DNA of 64,000 nucleotides from Curvularia clavata (Eukaryota): NCBI GenBank assembly GCA_023920165.1, contig CP089280.1, positions 2,418,001 to 2,482,000 of the forward strand, read 5' to 3'. Shown piece by piece: positions 62,321 to 64,000 of this stretch (position 1 is its first letter; each line of letters starts with the position of its first letter). The notes under the pieces were generated by a model. It saw only the letters and a program-made list of their open reading frames with translations, ran no database searches and was not told where the DNA came from. The position numbers and the translations under genes were made by a program.

Positions 62321-63991
62321 CTATCCTCCCCTTCTCTCCTCAAACGACTGCTCACTCCGCTCATCCGTCAACTGACTAATCTGACTCAACGTGCTCGTCC
62401 TACCCAGCAGATCCGGCCGATTATCTGCGCCGCCACCCATGGGCTTCTTGGCACCACTAGTCCAGAACAACCAGCTCTGTCCATTGTACACGGCGAGCGG
62501 ATTGCGAATTGGATCTGGGGGCTGCAGAAAGTCAATATCGCGCTGGGCGCTGGTATCATCATCGTGCGCATCGTTGTTGCTCTCAGACGGTTTGCGTGGC
62601 GGGGGAGAGACGGAGCTTTCCGAGTGTGCTGTGCTGTATATAGAGGCACTGCGGCCTATTGAGCTGGATCTGCCAGGAGTGTCCGTGTGCTTGTTGTCTT
62701 GGCTATCGTTCGTCTTTGTGGGACGCAGAATGGGAGAGTGCGATCGCGATTGTGTTGTTGAGTTTAGACTTAGTGCGGCTAAGGATTTTCGAGGCGAGGC
62801 ACTGCGGAGAGAAGCAGAGTTTCCTGAATCAATGCTGCCGTGAGATATGCCCTGACGCCATGTCATGATGCGGTCGTGGGGTGGTTGCGTGGATACGCTG
62901 TCTCGTCGAGACCGACTCGTGCGGGAGATGATGCTGCTTGGTCGTCCAATACCTGATGTCCGCTTCGCTGAAACAGTGTCCCACTGCTCACTCTGTCGTA
63001 CGCGCTTCTGGAACGCGCAGTCTTGTCGAAACACCTTCAGAGCTCCAGTATAATCTGCTGTAACAATAATGTTGCCTCCGTGATGTGCAGAACGCGCAAT
63101 GTATGCCGGGCTCTCTGCTGCTTTCTTGAAGTTAGTCTCAGTAGCTGCAGGGGTCGGATGTGCCGACTCTGTCTCCGTAGCTGCTCGCGACGATATCACA
63201 GATTCTGCTTTCGAGACCAGAGTGACCGGAGGTGGGTTGCAAAGATCGAATATCGGGTCCTCGGAAGCACTCAGAAGCTGCCTGGTCTGCGTGGGTGCAA
63301 TGATAGCGCAGGTAGTGATAGAGTTGTGAGCTTCAAACATTTCCATTGGCCGCTGATCCCTCTTGTCACCGCCTTCTGACATGGTTGTTGACCAAATATA
63401 CGTTTTACGATCCTCGCTCCCGCATACAATATGACCAGTACTATCAGCGAACGTTGCCCTGATCTGGCTGCAATTGTTTTGATGACCACGAAATTTCATC
63501 TCCAGCGCCTTGTCCTTCATATTGTATATTCGCAGTCGTGAGTCATTGCTCGACACGAGAAGTTTGATCTCTCCGTCTTTACTGCCTGGTGGCCAGTAAG
63601 TCGCATGAATACCAGTAATCTTGCTTCCTTTAGCATTTTGACCTCTCGTCGATTTAACATGAAGTTGAGCCTGCCATTTCAGACCCTCGGTGTCGTAAAA
63701 GAGGCAAAGGCCACCAAGTGTACCAGCCATACACGTTTTTCCATCGGGTGTGAAAGCGACCGACGTAATCATGTCTGAAACTGTAGTCAGGTATGCCACA
63801 CTTTTGTCCGGGATACTCCAAAGTCGTAACTTGGCATCAAGAGACCCTGCAAGGAAGAAACGATCATCCGTGGGATGAAACTGTATCGAGGGAACGAAAT
63901 CGGAATGCTTAAATGTGCATAAATTCTCATCCCGGCTCACATGCCACAGGCGCACCGTCTTATCCATGGAAGATGATAGGAGAAAGTTGTT
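62321..63991 (-). CDS. WD40 protein, WDR44 / yeast Dgr2-Laf1-like (last exon only; 5' part lies beyond the window)
   Basis: Acceptor CTAG at 63992-63995, then NNFLLSSSMDKTVRLWH..FKHSDFVPSIQFHPTDDRFFLAGSLDAKLRLWSIP..GSKITG..SSNDSRLRIY..SQIRATF..GSED. Confidence 0.9.
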   Translation of the reverse strand, partial: NNFLLSSSMDKTVRLWHVSRDENLCTFKHSDFVPSIQFHPTDDRFFLAGSLDAKLRLWSIPDKSVAYLTTVSDMITSVAFTPDGKTCMAGTLGGLCLFYDTEGLKWQAQLHVKSTRGQNAKGSKITGIHATYWPPGSKDGEIKLLVSSNDSRLRIYNMKDKALEMKFRGHQNNCSQIRATFADSTGHIVCGSEDRKTYIWSTTMSEGGDKRDQRPMEMFEAHNSITTCAIIAPTQTRQLLSASEDPIFDLCNPPPVTLVSKAESVISSRAATETESAHPTPAATETNFKKAAESPAYIARSAHHGGNIIVTADYTGALKVFRQDCAFQKRVRQSEQWDTVSAKRTSGIGRPSSIISRTSRSRRDSVSTQPPHDRIMTWRQGISHGSIDSGNSASLRSASPRKSLAALSLNSTTQSRSHSPILRPTKTNDSQDNKHTDTPGRSSSIGRSASIYSTAHSESSVSPPPRKPSESNNDAHDDDTSAQRDIDFLQPPDPIRNPLAVYNGQSWLFWTSGAKKPMGGGADNRPDLLGRTSTLSQISQLTDERSEQSFEERRGG

Positions 63992-64000
63992 CTAGGGGAG

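Noticed and set aside
1..64000. tRNA, rRNA, snRNA, TPP riboswitch, CRISPR array or intact transposase/integrase
   Set aside because: None recognised by eye; tRNAscan-SE and Rfam scans would be needed to exclude divergent copies.

Overview
This is eukaryotic DNA from a filamentous ascomycete. Short GT-AG introns with CTRAY branch sites and the protein families suggest a Dothideomycete/Pleosporales-type fungus; that placement is inference. The window holds about 27 protein-coding genes. Conserved housekeeping genes are LAS1, OAC1, SWD2, OHCU decarboxylase, an ADF-H/PH-like protein, GGPP synthase, DPH7, a Sec2-domain protein, HEM3, NAD kinase, an AAA-lid protein and a WDR44-like gene cut by the window edge. 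They are interrupted by two accessory-looking blocks. The first (~26.5-41.3 kb) has two pseudogenes, orphan genes, a secreted carboxylesterase with a 5-nt micro-exon, and a three-exon Kex2-processed six-cysteine secreted peptide resembling the Histoplasma Cbp1/CBP family. The second (~45.6-57.7 kb) has two secreted amidohydrolases flanking a Tri12-like MFS transporter with a GC-AG intron, a degraded RecQ/telomere-linked helicase fragment, a HET-domain gene and a small inverted-repeat element. I recognised no rRNA, tRNA or CRISPR array. Family calls come from motifs read by eye; no database searches were run.
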